This document shows positions 50,269-59,911 of a stretch of 64,000 nucleotides of DNA, piece by piece. The number at the start of each line of letters is the position of its first letter. Within the stretch, counting starts at the first letter, position 1. This DNA comes from Arcobacteraceae bacterium (GTDB lineage Bacteria; Campylobacterota; Campylobacteria; Campylobacterales; Arcobacteraceae), in NCBI GenBank assembly GCA_963662945.1, contig OY759974.1:1472001-1536000 (forward strand), in the 5' to 3' direction. The notes under the pieces are model-generated. The model was not told where the DNA came from. It worked only from the letters and a program-made list of their open reading frames with translations, and searched no databases. The position numbers and the translations under genes were made by a program.

Positions 50269-52455
50269 ATGGTTGGAGCACTTTGGACAGGGATCTCAGG
50301 ACTTGGGGGATCGCAAATAGGGCTAGACAATGAGTCAAATAATATAGCGAATGTTAATACTATTGGATACAAAGCATCAAGGGTATCATTTGCAGATCAA
50401 ATGTATCAAGATAAGATTGGTAAAGGGGTTACATCATTTGATGTTGAAAAGATGTATACTCAGGGAAATCTCAAAATCACAGGAGTGTCTTATGATATGG
50501 CACTTTCTGGTGATGGATTTTTTCAAGTTAAAAATGGAAATGAAACTTACTATACAAGAGCTGGTAACTTCAGAATGGGTGAAGGTGGAAAACTTGAAGA
50601 TGTTGGTCAAAACACTGTTCAAGGTTGGGCAATACAACCAGTAACTCCCGATGATATAACATCTACAGATCCAAATGCGACATACTTTACAAGTGATTTC
50701 ACAAAGCTTTTAGGGAATAGGGTAATTAGAGATACAACAACTATAGAAACAATAGTCGCTAAAGCTACAGACTACACACAAACTGCAACAACAGATAATC
50801 CAGTAATATTTACAGGTGCTGGATATAAATCAGCATCAACAAAAATTGCTGATGTTGAAGCATTAATTACTGAATATAATTCAGCGCTAGCAGTATATTC
50901 TGAAGCAGATCCAAAACCAACAGCATCATCTTCATCGTCACAAAAAGATCTTTTAAATTATGATTTAGCAGGTAAAACACTTGCGGAAGGTGATGAAGTA
51001 TATATTTATATTGATGGTGTAAAGTATTCACAAAGTTTTGATACAGATAACGCAACTACAATGAAAAAATTTGCTGATAAACTTTCTGATACACCAGGAT
51101 TTAAAGCATATGTGACTGATGATATTGCTTCACCATTTGATGTAGATACACAAACAGCTCCAGGGAATGGATATATAGTAATTGAAGGAATTGTTCCTGG
51201 ACAACAATACAGAGTTACAGAACTTGGTTGGACAGATGCTAGTAATAGTAACTTAGCATCAAAAGGGACAGTAACAAATGTTCAGCCATCAGTTTTAGGT
51301 ACAGGTATGGGACATATCAATTCTGTAAAAGATGCACTAGCAGAAGCTGTAAGTGGAAAACAAATGGATGTATATACTACATCAATTTTAGCAGCAGTAG
51401 ATGGTGTAAATGACTTTGCATATCAAATTGAGATTTATGATAAAAATACAAATCAAACTGTAACAATACCAACAGTGCCATTAGATATATTAGCACCAGC
51501 AAACGTAGATGATTTTGTTGCTGCAATAAATGCAAATACAGCTGCAACTGATGAATTAGCTGATTATGTAAAAGCATATAATATTAATGGAAGTTTAGTT
51601 ATTAAGACATTAGATGATAACTATGATGTTGAGTTTACTGGGACAATGACTGGACCAATTAAAGAGATTCAAAATTTCACAATTGCTAATACAACACCAA
51701 CAGCTGGGAACGTGGCATTTGCTGGAGAATCAATTGCTCTAGCAGGGACTGAAACTACAGATGAAGTTGGGGCAGCAATTGTAGCACATTTTGCTGGAGT
51801 TGTACCAACAGCAACAGTAGAATCTGTTACGTATGATCCTACTACAGATACATTAACAGTAACATATTTATCAACAGCAGGAGATGTAGCAGAAGCACCA
51901 GCAGCAACATCAAATGGTGTTGATATATCTGCGGCAGTTGAAGTTACACAAGGTGCATTGTTAGGTGTAATTGCAAGAGATCCAAATTATAGTGGTAGAG
52001 AAGGTGCTGGAGCTGAATTTTTACAAATTAACACGATGATTAATCAAACAGCTTCAAGAAGTGATATTCAATTAAGACTAGATACTTTAGGTTTGACAGA
52101 TAGTGCATTTGGTGATTTTGAGGTTGATTCTACAGGGCTTATAACTATGACACAAGATGGAGCAAGATTTGCTATTGGACAAGTTGCTGTTGCAAGGTTT
52201 ACTGATAATAGAGGTTTAGATCCGGTTGGAGATAACTTATTAATGGAAACAACTAGAAGTGGAGCGGCATTATTTAACATTAATAATGATAAAATGGCTG
52301 AAATACAAGGTTCAACATTAGAATTATCAACAGCTGATTTAAGTGAATCATTAGTAAATTTAATGGTATTTCAAAGAGCTTTTGAAGCAAATGCTAAATC
52401 AATTACGACAGCAGATTCAATTTTAACGACATTAATTCAATTAAAACAAAGATAG
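50269..52455 (+). CDS. flgE: Flagellar hook protein FlgE (long, extra surface domains)
   Basis: NNIANVNTIGYKASR, YYTRAGNF, LVNLMVFQRAFEANAKSITTAD. Confidence 0.9.
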   Translation: MVGALWTGISGLGGSQIGLDNESNNIANVNTIGYKASRVSFADQMYQDKIGKGVTSFDVEKMYTQGNLKITGVSYDMALSGDGFFQVKNGNETYYTRAGNFRMGEGGKLEDVGQNTVQGWAIQPVTPDDITSTDPNATYFTSDFTKLLGNRVIRDTTTIETIVAKATDYTQTATTDNPVIFTGAGYKSASTKIADVEALITEYNSALAVYSEADPKPTASSSSSQKDLLNYDLAGKTLAEGDEVYIYIDGVKYSQSFDTDNATTMKKFADKLSDTPGFKAYVTDDIASPFDVDTQTAPGNGYIVIEGIVPGQQYRVTELGWTDASNSNLASKGTVTNVQPSVLGTGMGHINSVKDALAEAVSGKQMDVYTTSILAAVDGVNDFAYQIEIYDKNTNQTVTIPTVPLDILAPANVDDFVAAINANTAATDELADYVKAYNINGSLVIKTLDDNYDVEFTGTMTGPIKEIQNFTIANTTPTAGNVAFAGESIALAGTETTDEVGAAIVAHFAGVVPTATVESVTYDPTTDTLTVTYLSTAGDVAEAPAATSNGVDISAAVEVTQGALLGVIARDPNYSGREGAGAEFLQINTMINQTASRSDIQLRLDTLGLTDSAFGDFEVDSTGLITMTQDGARFAIGQVAVARFTDNRGLDPVGDNLLMETTRSGAALFNINNDKMAEIQGSTLELSTADLSESLVNLMVFQRAFEANAKSITTADSILTTLIQLKQR

Positions 52456-52461
52456 GTAGAG

Positions 52462-52791
52462 ATGGAAGATTTTTTACTCGTTTCTGTATTAGGTGTATTA
52501 ACAGTATATTTTTATAGTAGCATGAATGTGTATAAATCTCTTTATAGAAAAATTAGCGAAGAGAAAGATATGCAAATAGAGAAGGTAAAAAATTTAGAAA
52601 AGTTAAAAGAGAAATTTGAACAACAAGTAAAATTTTCTCTTGAGACAATAAGTGATTCTCAAGAAAGCTTAAAGTCTACAAGAGAAGATTACCAAGAATT
52701 AAAACTACAAAATACTGAGCTTGAACATAGAAATAGGCTTCTTCAAGAGAGGATCAATGAGCTATATGCTTCAGTTGGAAGTCTGAATTAG
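52462..52791 (+). CDS. Hypothetical TM + coiled-coil protein
   Basis: N-term hydrophobic helix then heptad repeats. Confidence 0.75.
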   Translation: MEDFLLVSVLGVLTVYFYSSMNVYKSLYRKISEEKDMQIEKVKNLEKLKEKFEQQVKFSLETISDSQESLKSTREDYQELKLQNTELEHRNRLLQERINELYASVGSLN

Positions 52792-52794
52792 TAT

Positions 52795-54822
52795 ATGAAA
52801 AAATTTAATAAAAAGATTTTAAATATAATTTTAATATCACTATTTATTACTAATTTATATAGTGAAGACGGTAAAACATTGGAGTCTCAACCTCAAATAT
52901 TATTTGAACATGAAAATTTACAAGAATCACAAAATAAAAGAGAGCTGTTAATTAAATTTAATACAGCTGTTTTATATCTTGAGCAAGAAGAATATATTCA
53001 TGCAATAAAACTTTTTAAACAGTCATCACAAATACTTAAAATACCTTCTTATTTGAATATTGGAATTGCATATTATAAGTTAGGTTCTATTAATAATGCA
53101 TATTTGTATTTAAGAAAAATATATGATTTTAAAGAACTCCAATTTAAAGATAAATACTCTTATTTTAGTGCGGCATATTATCTTTATAAAATCACTAAAG
53201 ATAAAAAATATATAGATGAAATAACTAGTATTAGTGCAAAAGCTAAATATTTAACAGACCATGAAAAACTTTTAGTTGTAGATACTTTAATTCTACAACA
53301 GAAGTATCAATATGCATTAGATTTAGCAAAAGAAGTTACTACAATTTCAAATTTAAAATTGGCATTATTAAATATAAAACTTCGAGATTACAATAATGCA
53401 AAATTTTATTTAGAACAAGCATATACCAATGCAAAAGGTGATAAATCTAAAAATGAAATATTATGGATTAAACTTTTTAATGCATTAAAAGGGAATGATA
53501 TTACTAATATTCTAGATACAATTGCAAAAATTGAAGATAGAAAAAGAATTTTTAAGGTAAATCAAGACTTAAAACTTGAACTCTTTTTTAATAAAAATAA
53601 ATTTACACCAAAAGAATATTTTGATCAAATTGTAAACTTATCGCATGATAGAAAAATTGATTTTATTTATTATTTCGCTCCATTTATTTTTGAAGATTAT
53701 GATAGTTTGGGTGTAAATGAAGCACGTGGATTTATAATCAAAAATGAAAATAGTATTTCTGAACTTAATATGATGATTCAATACAATGCAGATTTTCTTG
53801 AAGTGGTGAAATTAGATCCAATACAAAGAACTTTTAGATTACAAAAAATGATAGATGAAAAATATGATACAAAGGCATATGAATATTATAATTTAGGTCT
53901 AACATATGCCCAAATTTATGATTATAATAATGCATATAAATATTTTAAAAAAGCATATAGTTTAGATCATGGAAATAAACTATATTCAATAATGACATTT
54001 TTAACATCAAAAAAATTAAGTTTAAATGAGGATAAAGTTTTTTGGGAAATTTTAGTTAAAAATATTTTATCAGATAAAGGTAGTTTTAATTTTATTGCTA
54101 AATATATATATAAAATATTTGAAAATCCAGAAATAGTTTTAGATGAAAAAACACTTAGTTATAAACAAAAGAAATCTATATTTTTTAGGGCACTTTATTT
54201 TATTGATAATATAGAAAAAAATGGTATTGTTAAAACAGAACCTTTATTAGTTGAGTTTTCAAAGGATCCTTTAGTATATCTTCTTAATTTAATTGCAAAA
54301 GAAAAAGATGAAAGTGATTATGCTTATATTTCGAGAATACAAGATGAATTACCTAAAATTTATAACAATACATTTTTAAAAGGAAGTTTAGTAATTACAG
54401 ATTTTTATTTAGATACACTTAAAGCATTAGGACTTTTTGATACAACAGATTTTGATATACCAAATCATAATGAGCCAAGTTATTTAAGAACAAAAGCAAT
54501 TGTGAATCTTTATCAAAACAATCCCATTAAAAGTATAGAGATAATTGAAGGACTACAAAAAAAATATAATTTACAAAGTGTAGATAGTTATTATATATTA
54601 GCAGCCTCTCAATTATCTTCGAATAGAAAACAATTTGCATATACAACATTAAGTGAAATAGAATTAATTTATAATGATAAAGATGCGAAATTCTTAAGTG
54701 GAATAAGGCTTTTACAAGATTTAAAACTAGGTTCAGCACCACAACATTTTATGGATAAACTTAAAGGTAAAATGATAGATTTTAAATTAGAAAAATTTGA
54801 TGATTTCTTAGAATCTTTATAA
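52795..54822 (+). CDS. Exported TPR protein, PflB-like periplasmic motor scaffold candidate
   Basis: Signal peptide, TPRs (YLNIGIAYYKLG; YYNLGLTYAQIYDYNNAYKYFKKAYSLD), flagellar context. Confidence 0.7.
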   Translation: MKKFNKKILNIILISLFITNLYSEDGKTLESQPQILFEHENLQESQNKRELLIKFNTAVLYLEQEEYIHAIKLFKQSSQILKIPSYLNIGIAYYKLGSINNAYLYLRKIYDFKELQFKDKYSYFSAAYYLYKITKDKKYIDEITSISAKAKYLTDHEKLLVVDTLILQQKYQYALDLAKEVTTISNLKLALLNIKLRDYNNAKFYLEQAYTNAKGDKSKNEILWIKLFNALKGNDITNILDTIAKIEDRKRIFKVNQDLKLELFFNKNKFTPKEYFDQIVNLSHDRKIDFIYYFAPFIFEDYDSLGVNEARGFIIKNENSISELNMMIQYNADFLEVVKLDPIQRTFRLQKMIDEKYDTKAYEYYNLGLTYAQIYDYNNAYKYFKKAYSLDHGNKLYSIMTFLTSKKLSLNEDKVFWEILVKNILSDKGSFNFIAKYIYKIFENPEIVLDEKTLSYKQKKSIFFRALYFIDNIEKNGIVKTEPLLVEFSKDPLVYLLNLIAKEKDESDYAYISRIQDELPKIYNNTFLKGSLVITDFYLDTLKALGLFDTTDFDIPNHNEPSYLRTKAIVNLYQNNPIKSIEIIEGLQKKYNLQSVDSYYILAASQLSSNRKQFAYTTLSEIELIYNDKDAKFLSGIRLLQDLKLGSAPQHFMDKLKGKMIDFKLEKFDDFLESL

Positions 54823-54858
54823 AAAATTATGCAAAAAGTACAATTATAATAATTTTTA

Positions 54859-54867
54859 TGATATAAT
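54859..54867 (+). promoter_or_regulatory. Extended -10 (TGATATAAT) for flaG-like/fliY/motAB operon
   Basis: TTTTTATGATATAATA, same as the fliN promoter. Confidence 0.6.
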
Positions 54868-54896
54868 AATTGCATATTTAATCTAAGGAGGACGGT

Positions 54897-55208
54897 ATGC
54901 AGTTAGGAAGACTTGAAATGATGGATCAAGCACAGGTTGATTATGTATCTAAAATCTCTAAAATTCAAGAAACAGATCAAAAAGCGAAGATAGACCCTGA
55001 TGAGAAGTACAAAAATGCTTCTGCAAAAGTTGAAGCACCAGATAATGAAGTTATCTTAGATAATGTGAAATTCGGTTATAACTCTGATACAAATGATTTT
55101 TTTGTTAGAATTAAAAAAGGTGATGCGGAATTTCAATATCCTACAGAAGATATGATGAAATTAAAACAAAGTTTAATGGACGCATATAGAAGTTCACAAG
55201 AATTATAA
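54897..55208 (+). CDS. flaG: FlaG-like protein
   Basis: VKFGYNSDTNDFFVRI...QYPTEDMMKL resembles the FlaG C-terminal signature. Confidence 0.65.
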   Translation: MQLGRLEMMDQAQVDYVSKISKIQETDQKAKIDPDEKYKNASAKVEAPDNEVILDNVKFGYNSDTNDFFVRIKKGDAEFQYPTEDMMKLKQSLMDAYRSSQEL

Positions 55209-55221
55209 TTAGGGTAAATAG

Positions 55222-56079
55222 TTGGCATCAGATATATCAAATATTATAAAAAGTGAAATAGCAACAACTCTTGAGAGTTTACTTTCTTTAAGTAGTAGTG
55301 TTGAAAAAGTTTCACTTTTAGATGGAGAAGAATTAAAAGGTGGTCAGTGTATAAAAGTAGCTACCACCTTTGATTTTGGCTCAAAAAGTTCTAATTGGAA
55401 TTTTTTTATACCTACAGCTACAGCAACGCAATTTGAATACTTAATGTTGGGTGGTGTAACAGACCTAAAAGATAGTATAGATGATGAAATAACAGATGCA
55501 GTTAAAGAAATTATATCAACAATTTCAGGAAGTGTTGTTACAAGTGTAAATGCCCAAGGATTCGATGATATCAATGGGATGAAGTTTACATTAGGTGATA
55601 CAAGCATCGTGGGTTGTGATGAGATAGTAAATAAAGCACAAAGTTATAAGTTTGTGTTTAAGTTAAATGAAGATGATTTTGAATTAATTATTGAATTTGA
55701 CACTAATATTATGAACTTTTTATCTTCTATATCTGGAAAGAAACAAAATGATGACTCTCAGAGTAATAGTTCTACATCTAAAGAAATAACAGGTGCAGGT
55801 TCAATTTTAAATTCACTTTTAGGTGAAGAATCAGTAGACAATTTGCGATTATTGTTTGATATAAAGATGAAACTTAGTGTTCGATTGGGAACGAAAGTAT
55901 GTCTTTTAAGAGATGTTATTAGTTGGGATATTGGGGAAATAATTGAATTAAGCCAAATGACAAATGAACCTTTAGATATATTAGTAAATGGCGTAATTAT
56001 AGGAAAAGGTGAAGCTGTTATAGTTGATGGAAAATTTGGTGTAAAAATTAAATCAATTGGTGTAAAGAAAATTAATTAA
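55222..56079 (+). CDS. fliY: Motor switch protein FliY (CheC-like N + SpoA C)
   Basis: DAVKEIIS; LLFDIKMKLSVRLG, EPLDILVNG, GEAVIVDGKFGV. Confidence 0.9.
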   Translation: MASDISNIIKSEIATTLESLLSLSSSVEKVSLLDGEELKGGQCIKVATTFDFGSKSSNWNFFIPTATATQFEYLMLGGVTDLKDSIDDEITDAVKEIISTISGSVVTSVNAQGFDDINGMKFTLGDTSIVGCDEIVNKAQSYKFVFKLNEDDFELIIEFDTNIMNFLSSISGKKQNDDSQSNSSTSKEITGAGSILNSLLGEESVDNLRLLFDIKMKLSVRLGTKVCLLRDVISWDIGEIIELSQMTNEPLDILVNGVIIGKGEAVIVDGKFGVKIKSIGVKKIN

Positions 56080-56089
56080 ATGAGAAAAA

Positions 56090-56848
56090 ATGGATAAAAC
56101 AACCGCAGGTGGATTAGCAGGAGTATGGGGATTAGTAGCTTTGGCTATTGTTCTTGGTGGTGCTGGATTTGGAGCTTATGTTGATATTCCATCAGTTATA
56201 ATTGTTATTGGTGGTACTATTGCTGTTACTATTGGTCAGTATGAAAGTAGTGATTTAGGTAGATTTGGGAAAGCTGTGGGAATAGCTATGAACGAAGTAA
56301 AAGTCGAGCCAATTAATGAACTAATTGAAAAAATAATTATTTACGCAACTGATATCAAGAAAAACGGAGTAATGTCAGTAGAATCTAAAATTCAAGAAGA
56401 AACAAATCCATTTTTTAAAGAAGCTTTTAACCTTTTAGTTGACAATACTAAACCAGATGTTTTAGAAAATCTTTTGGAAATTAAACTAGAACATATGGAA
56501 AATAGACATAGTACTATGATAGCAATGTTTAGTAGTATAGGTGGAACAGCAGGTGCAATGGGTATGACGGGTACACTAGTAGGACTAGTTGCAATGCTTG
56601 CAAATCTTTCTGATCCTTCTTCTGTTGGTCCAGCGATGGCGGTTGCCCTTTTAACAACTATGTATGGTTCTTTACTGGGAACAGGATTTGCTGGTGTTAT
56701 GGAAAATAAATTAACACAAAAACATAAAAAAGAACTTATTAGTTGTCAAATAATAATTCAAGGAGCTCATATGATAGCTTCTGAGGAATCAATAGGTAAT
56801 GTAAAAATGAAACTAGGGGCAATAATGCCTGATAGTAGTGAATCATAA
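56090..56848 (+). CDS. motA: Stator protein MotA
   Basis: VDIPSVIIVIGGT, GMTGTLVGLVAMLANL, GPAMAVALLTTMYG. Confidence 0.95.
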   Translation: MDKTTAGGLAGVWGLVALAIVLGGAGFGAYVDIPSVIIVIGGTIAVTIGQYESSDLGRFGKAVGIAMNEVKVEPINELIEKIIIYATDIKKNGVMSVESKIQEETNPFFKEAFNLLVDNTKPDVLENLLEIKLEHMENRHSTMIAMFSSIGGTAGAMGMTGTLVGLVAMLANLSDPSSVGPAMAVALLTTMYGSLLGTGFAGVMENKLTQKHKKELISCQIIIQGAHMIASEESIGNVKMKLGAIMPDSSES

Positions 56849-56865
56849 ATAAGGATATGATATAA

Positions 56866-57660
56866 ATGGCTAAAGAAAAGTGTCCAGATTGTCCTAAATG
56901 TTTACCAGGTTGGTTAGTACAATTTGGTGACTTGATGTCACTTTTATTATGTTTCTTTATTTTGCTGTTATCTATGGCAACAATGGATAAAAAGAAAGTT
57001 GAAGAATACTTTGAAATTATGAGAAGAAGTATGGGATTTCTTCAAGGTTCTACGGATACAGCAGAGGCCGAGACAGAATCTTTATCCGCATTTCATGCTG
57101 ATAAAAGTGATTCAGGGAGTGGAGATGATAATGGTCAAAATTCAGAAGCTGCTGATATATCACAAAAAGTTGAAGAAGTAACTCAAGAGTTTAATGATAC
57201 TAGTGAAGATGAAAATAAAAAAGTACAAATGACTATGAAAGGGAATAATGAGTTTACTCTTGATATTCCATCATCATTAATGTTTGCTGAAGGTGAATAT
57301 ACTTTAGAAAACCCTAATGCAAAAAGATTTATAAATAAGCTAACGAAAGTTTTAAAAACGATGACGCAGCAATTTGATATAGAAGTTGCTGGACATACAG
57401 GTTCTAATTATTTAAGAAGTGATGGAATACCAAGAGATTCATGGGATTTATCTGCATTAAGAGCAATATCTGTTGTAAAAGAACTAATAAAAAATCAAAT
57501 GGATCCTGCAACACTAAAAGTAAGTGCATTTGGATCATATAGACCCAAAAGTGATGATGCTTTTGAGAATAGACGAGTAGAGTTAAGATTTGTATCAACA
57601 AGTCAAAATAATAACCGTATGGCTCAAGAGGAAAACTTTTTTGATAGGATAGAGGAATAA
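56866..57660 (+). CDS. motB: Stator protein MotB
   Basis: PGWLVQFGDLMSLLLCFFILL, WDLSALRA, NRRVEL. Confidence 0.95.
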   Translation: MAKEKCPDCPKCLPGWLVQFGDLMSLLLCFFILLLSMATMDKKKVEEYFEIMRRSMGFLQGSTDTAEAETESLSAFHADKSDSGSGDDNGQNSEAADISQKVEEVTQEFNDTSEDENKKVQMTMKGNNEFTLDIPSSLMFAEGEYTLENPNAKRFINKLTKVLKTMTQQFDIEVAGHTGSNYLRSDGIPRDSWDLSALRAISVVKELIKNQMDPATLKVSAFGSYRPKSDDAFENRRVELRFVSTSQNNNRMAQEENFFDRIEE

Positions 57661-57670
57661 GGAGATTTCG

Positions 57671-57967
57671 ATGGAAATAAATAATCAATTTTTAGATATA
57701 AATAGTATTCGACCAAAATCTTATGATAATATAAAAAATAAAAATCTTAATGAAGATAAATCACTAAGGGATGTATGTAATAATTTTGAAGCATTTTTTA
57801 TGAATCAAATATTAGAAACATCTTTAAAGTCTAGTAATGTTGCAGGAGAAGGCACAGGTTCTGAAATAATCAAAGGTATGTATACTGATGCATTATCTCA
57901 AAAATCTGCTGGAAGTTTGGGTATTAGTGATATGTTATATAAATTTTTAAGTGAGAAAAAATCATGA
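57671..57967 (+). CDS. flgJ: Rod-binding (short FlgJ) protein
   Basis: LRDVCNNFEAFFMNQIL, GMYTDALS, LGISDMLYK. Confidence 0.85.
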   Translation: MEINNQFLDINSIRPKSYDNIKNKNLNEDKSLRDVCNNFEAFFMNQILETSLKSSNVAGEGTGSEIIKGMYTDALSQKSAGSLGISDMLYKFLSEKKS

Positions 57968-58341
57968 TAGAAACTACAGTTGCACAATTAAAATCCGTTG
58001 TAAATGAACTACATAGCTCAATTATATTAGACATAGAAGATGTTAAAAAAGCTAGACATGAAAGCCTAGTTCAACGAAATAATGTTAAACTAGACCTTAT
58101 GGATACATTATCAGATTTAAAACAAAAACTTAATGAAGAACTCTCAAAAGAATATCAAAACGGTGTAGATATTACAGTATATAAAAATTCTATTGATGAG
58201 CTTGAAGAACAATTAGGTGAATTATATAGAGCAAATGGAAAATTAGCGGCGATAGTTTTACCAGTCAAAGAGATGTATAAAGAGATAATTGAGGAATTAT
58301 CAAGCCAAAATGGTGGATCATTAGTAGAGGTGATGGCATAG
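57964..58341 (+). CDS. FlgN-like export chaperone
   Basis: DIEDVKKARHE..., helical, directly after flgJ. Confidence 0.6.
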   Translation: MIETTVAQLKSVVNELHSSIILDIEDVKKARHESLVQRNNVKLDLMDTLSDLKQKLNEELSKEYQNGVDITVYKNSIDELEEQLGELYRANGKLAAIVLPVKEMYKEIIEELSSQNGGSLVEVMA

Positions 58342-58748
58342 TGTTTCGTAATTTTTATTTAAAATTTTTATTATCTTTTTTTCCTATAGTACTATTTTCA
58401 AATGAAATAAATGTAGTTCCTATTGCTAATAAAAACATCAATTATAAATCTAAAATTTATTCATATGATGTACGATTAGTTCAAGAAAATCAGAAGTATA
58501 AATGTAAAAAATACGTTGATGTAATTACGTTGAAAAAAAATAAATATTTTGCACAACATTATATAGCAAAAGATAGAACAATATGTGCAGAAGATGTTTT
58601 TATACCTAAGTCTAATACAATTAGATTTAAGTTTGGGAACTTAGAAATAGAGCGAGAAGGAACCGTTATAAAAGAAACCGATGAGTACATAAAAATTAAG
58701 AATTTTGATGGTACAATAGATAAGATTTATAAAGATGGAAGAAACTAG
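58341..58748 (+). CDS. flgA: Short FlgA-like (SAF domain) P-ring chaperone
   Basis: Signal peptide; VPIANKNI..I...DV, A..YI.K...I...DV.IP, F.FGNLEIEREG, IKIKNFDG echo the FlgA C-terminal pattern. Confidence 0.5.
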   Translation: MFRNFYLKFLLSFFPIVLFSNEINVVPIANKNINYKSKIYSYDVRLVQENQKYKCKKYVDVITLKKNKYFAQHYIAKDRTICAEDVFIPKSNTIRFKFGNLEIEREGTVIKETDEYIKIKNFDGTIDKIYKDGRN

Positions 58749-59900
58749 ATGAAAATGCTCTCATTTTTAGGTGAGTCACCTACAAAAGCTTTACAAAATG
58801 CACAGAAAGAATGTGGACCTGATGCAGTTGTAATATCTACAAAAAAAATATCATCTAGCGGTAAAAATAGTGTTAATATGTATGAAATTACTGTTGCATT
58901 AGAAGAAGAATATGATAGTAATAAAAAAATAGCAAAACAAAAAATAGTAAATACACACGCACAATCAAATTCACAAAAGATAGATGCTCAATTTTATGAC
59001 TTTAGAGCGGAAATTGAAAATATGCAAGAGTCATTATATAGAGTTCAAAAAACTCTATGGGAGCCTAAAAGTCAATTATATGATTTAGTTATTCCTCCAG
59101 AATTTATAGATATATATACTTTATTTGAAGATAATGAATTTGATCCTGAAATGACGTATAGTATTATGAAGAAAACTATTGAACAATTACCAGTAGCTAT
59201 GAAATCAAGTCCTGAAAAAATTAAAAACTTTTTTAAATTAATTTTAAGACGGGTAATTGCTATAAAACATGAAGTACCATTAAGAGTTCATCAAAGAAAA
59301 GTGATGATGTTTGTTGGTCCCACTGGAGTTGGTAAAACTACAACAATTTCAAAATTAGCTGCAAGATATGCTTATAAATTAGGTATTAATTATAAAGTAG
59401 GAATTATTACTCTAGATTCATTTAGAGTAGGTGCTGTAGAACAATTACGTGCATATACAAATATTATGAGACTGCCATTAGAAGTTGTAAAAAAACCAGA
59501 AGAGTTAAGTGAAGCTATAATGAGATTAAAAGATTGCCACTATATCTTAATTGATACAGCAGGTGGAAGTCAATATGATATGGATAAAATAGAATTAATT
59601 AATCAGTATCAACAAAATGCAACAGAAACACCAATTGAAAAAATGTTAGTTATGCCAGCAAATGTGAAAACTACTGATTTGTATGAAATATATAATAGTT
59701 ATTCAACTTTACATATTCATAATTTAATTTTTACTAAATTAGATGAAACAATAAGTTATGGTAATTTGATTTCATTTGCGCATAAAACAAAAAAATCAAT
59801 TTGTTATTTATCTGTAGGACAAAATGTTCCTGATGATTTGCATGAGGCAAGTAGTGAATATCTAATTAATTGTTTTATGAATAAAAAACATAACGCATAA
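58749..59900 (+). CDS. flhF: SRP-family GTPase FlhF
   Basis: GPTGVGKTTTISKLAA, DSFRVGAVEQL, DTAG, TKLDET, GQNVPDDL. Confidence 0.96.
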   Translation: MKMLSFLGESPTKALQNAQKECGPDAVVISTKKISSSGKNSVNMYEITVALEEEYDSNKKIAKQKIVNTHAQSNSQKIDAQFYDFRAEIENMQESLYRVQKTLWEPKSQLYDLVIPPEFIDIYTLFEDNEFDPEMTYSIMKKTIEQLPVAMKSSPEKIKNFFKLILRRVIAIKHEVPLRVHQRKVMMFVGPTGVGKTTTISKLAARYAYKLGINYKVGIITLDSFRVGAVEQLRAYTNIMRLPLEVVKKPEELSEAIMRLKDCHYILIDTAGGSQYDMDKIELINQYQQNATETPIEKMLVMPANVKTTDLYEIYNSYSTLHIHNLIFTKLDETISYGNLISFAHKTKKSICYLSVGQNVPDDLHEASSEYLINCFMNKKHNA

Positions 59901-59911
59901 GGGTATGTATT

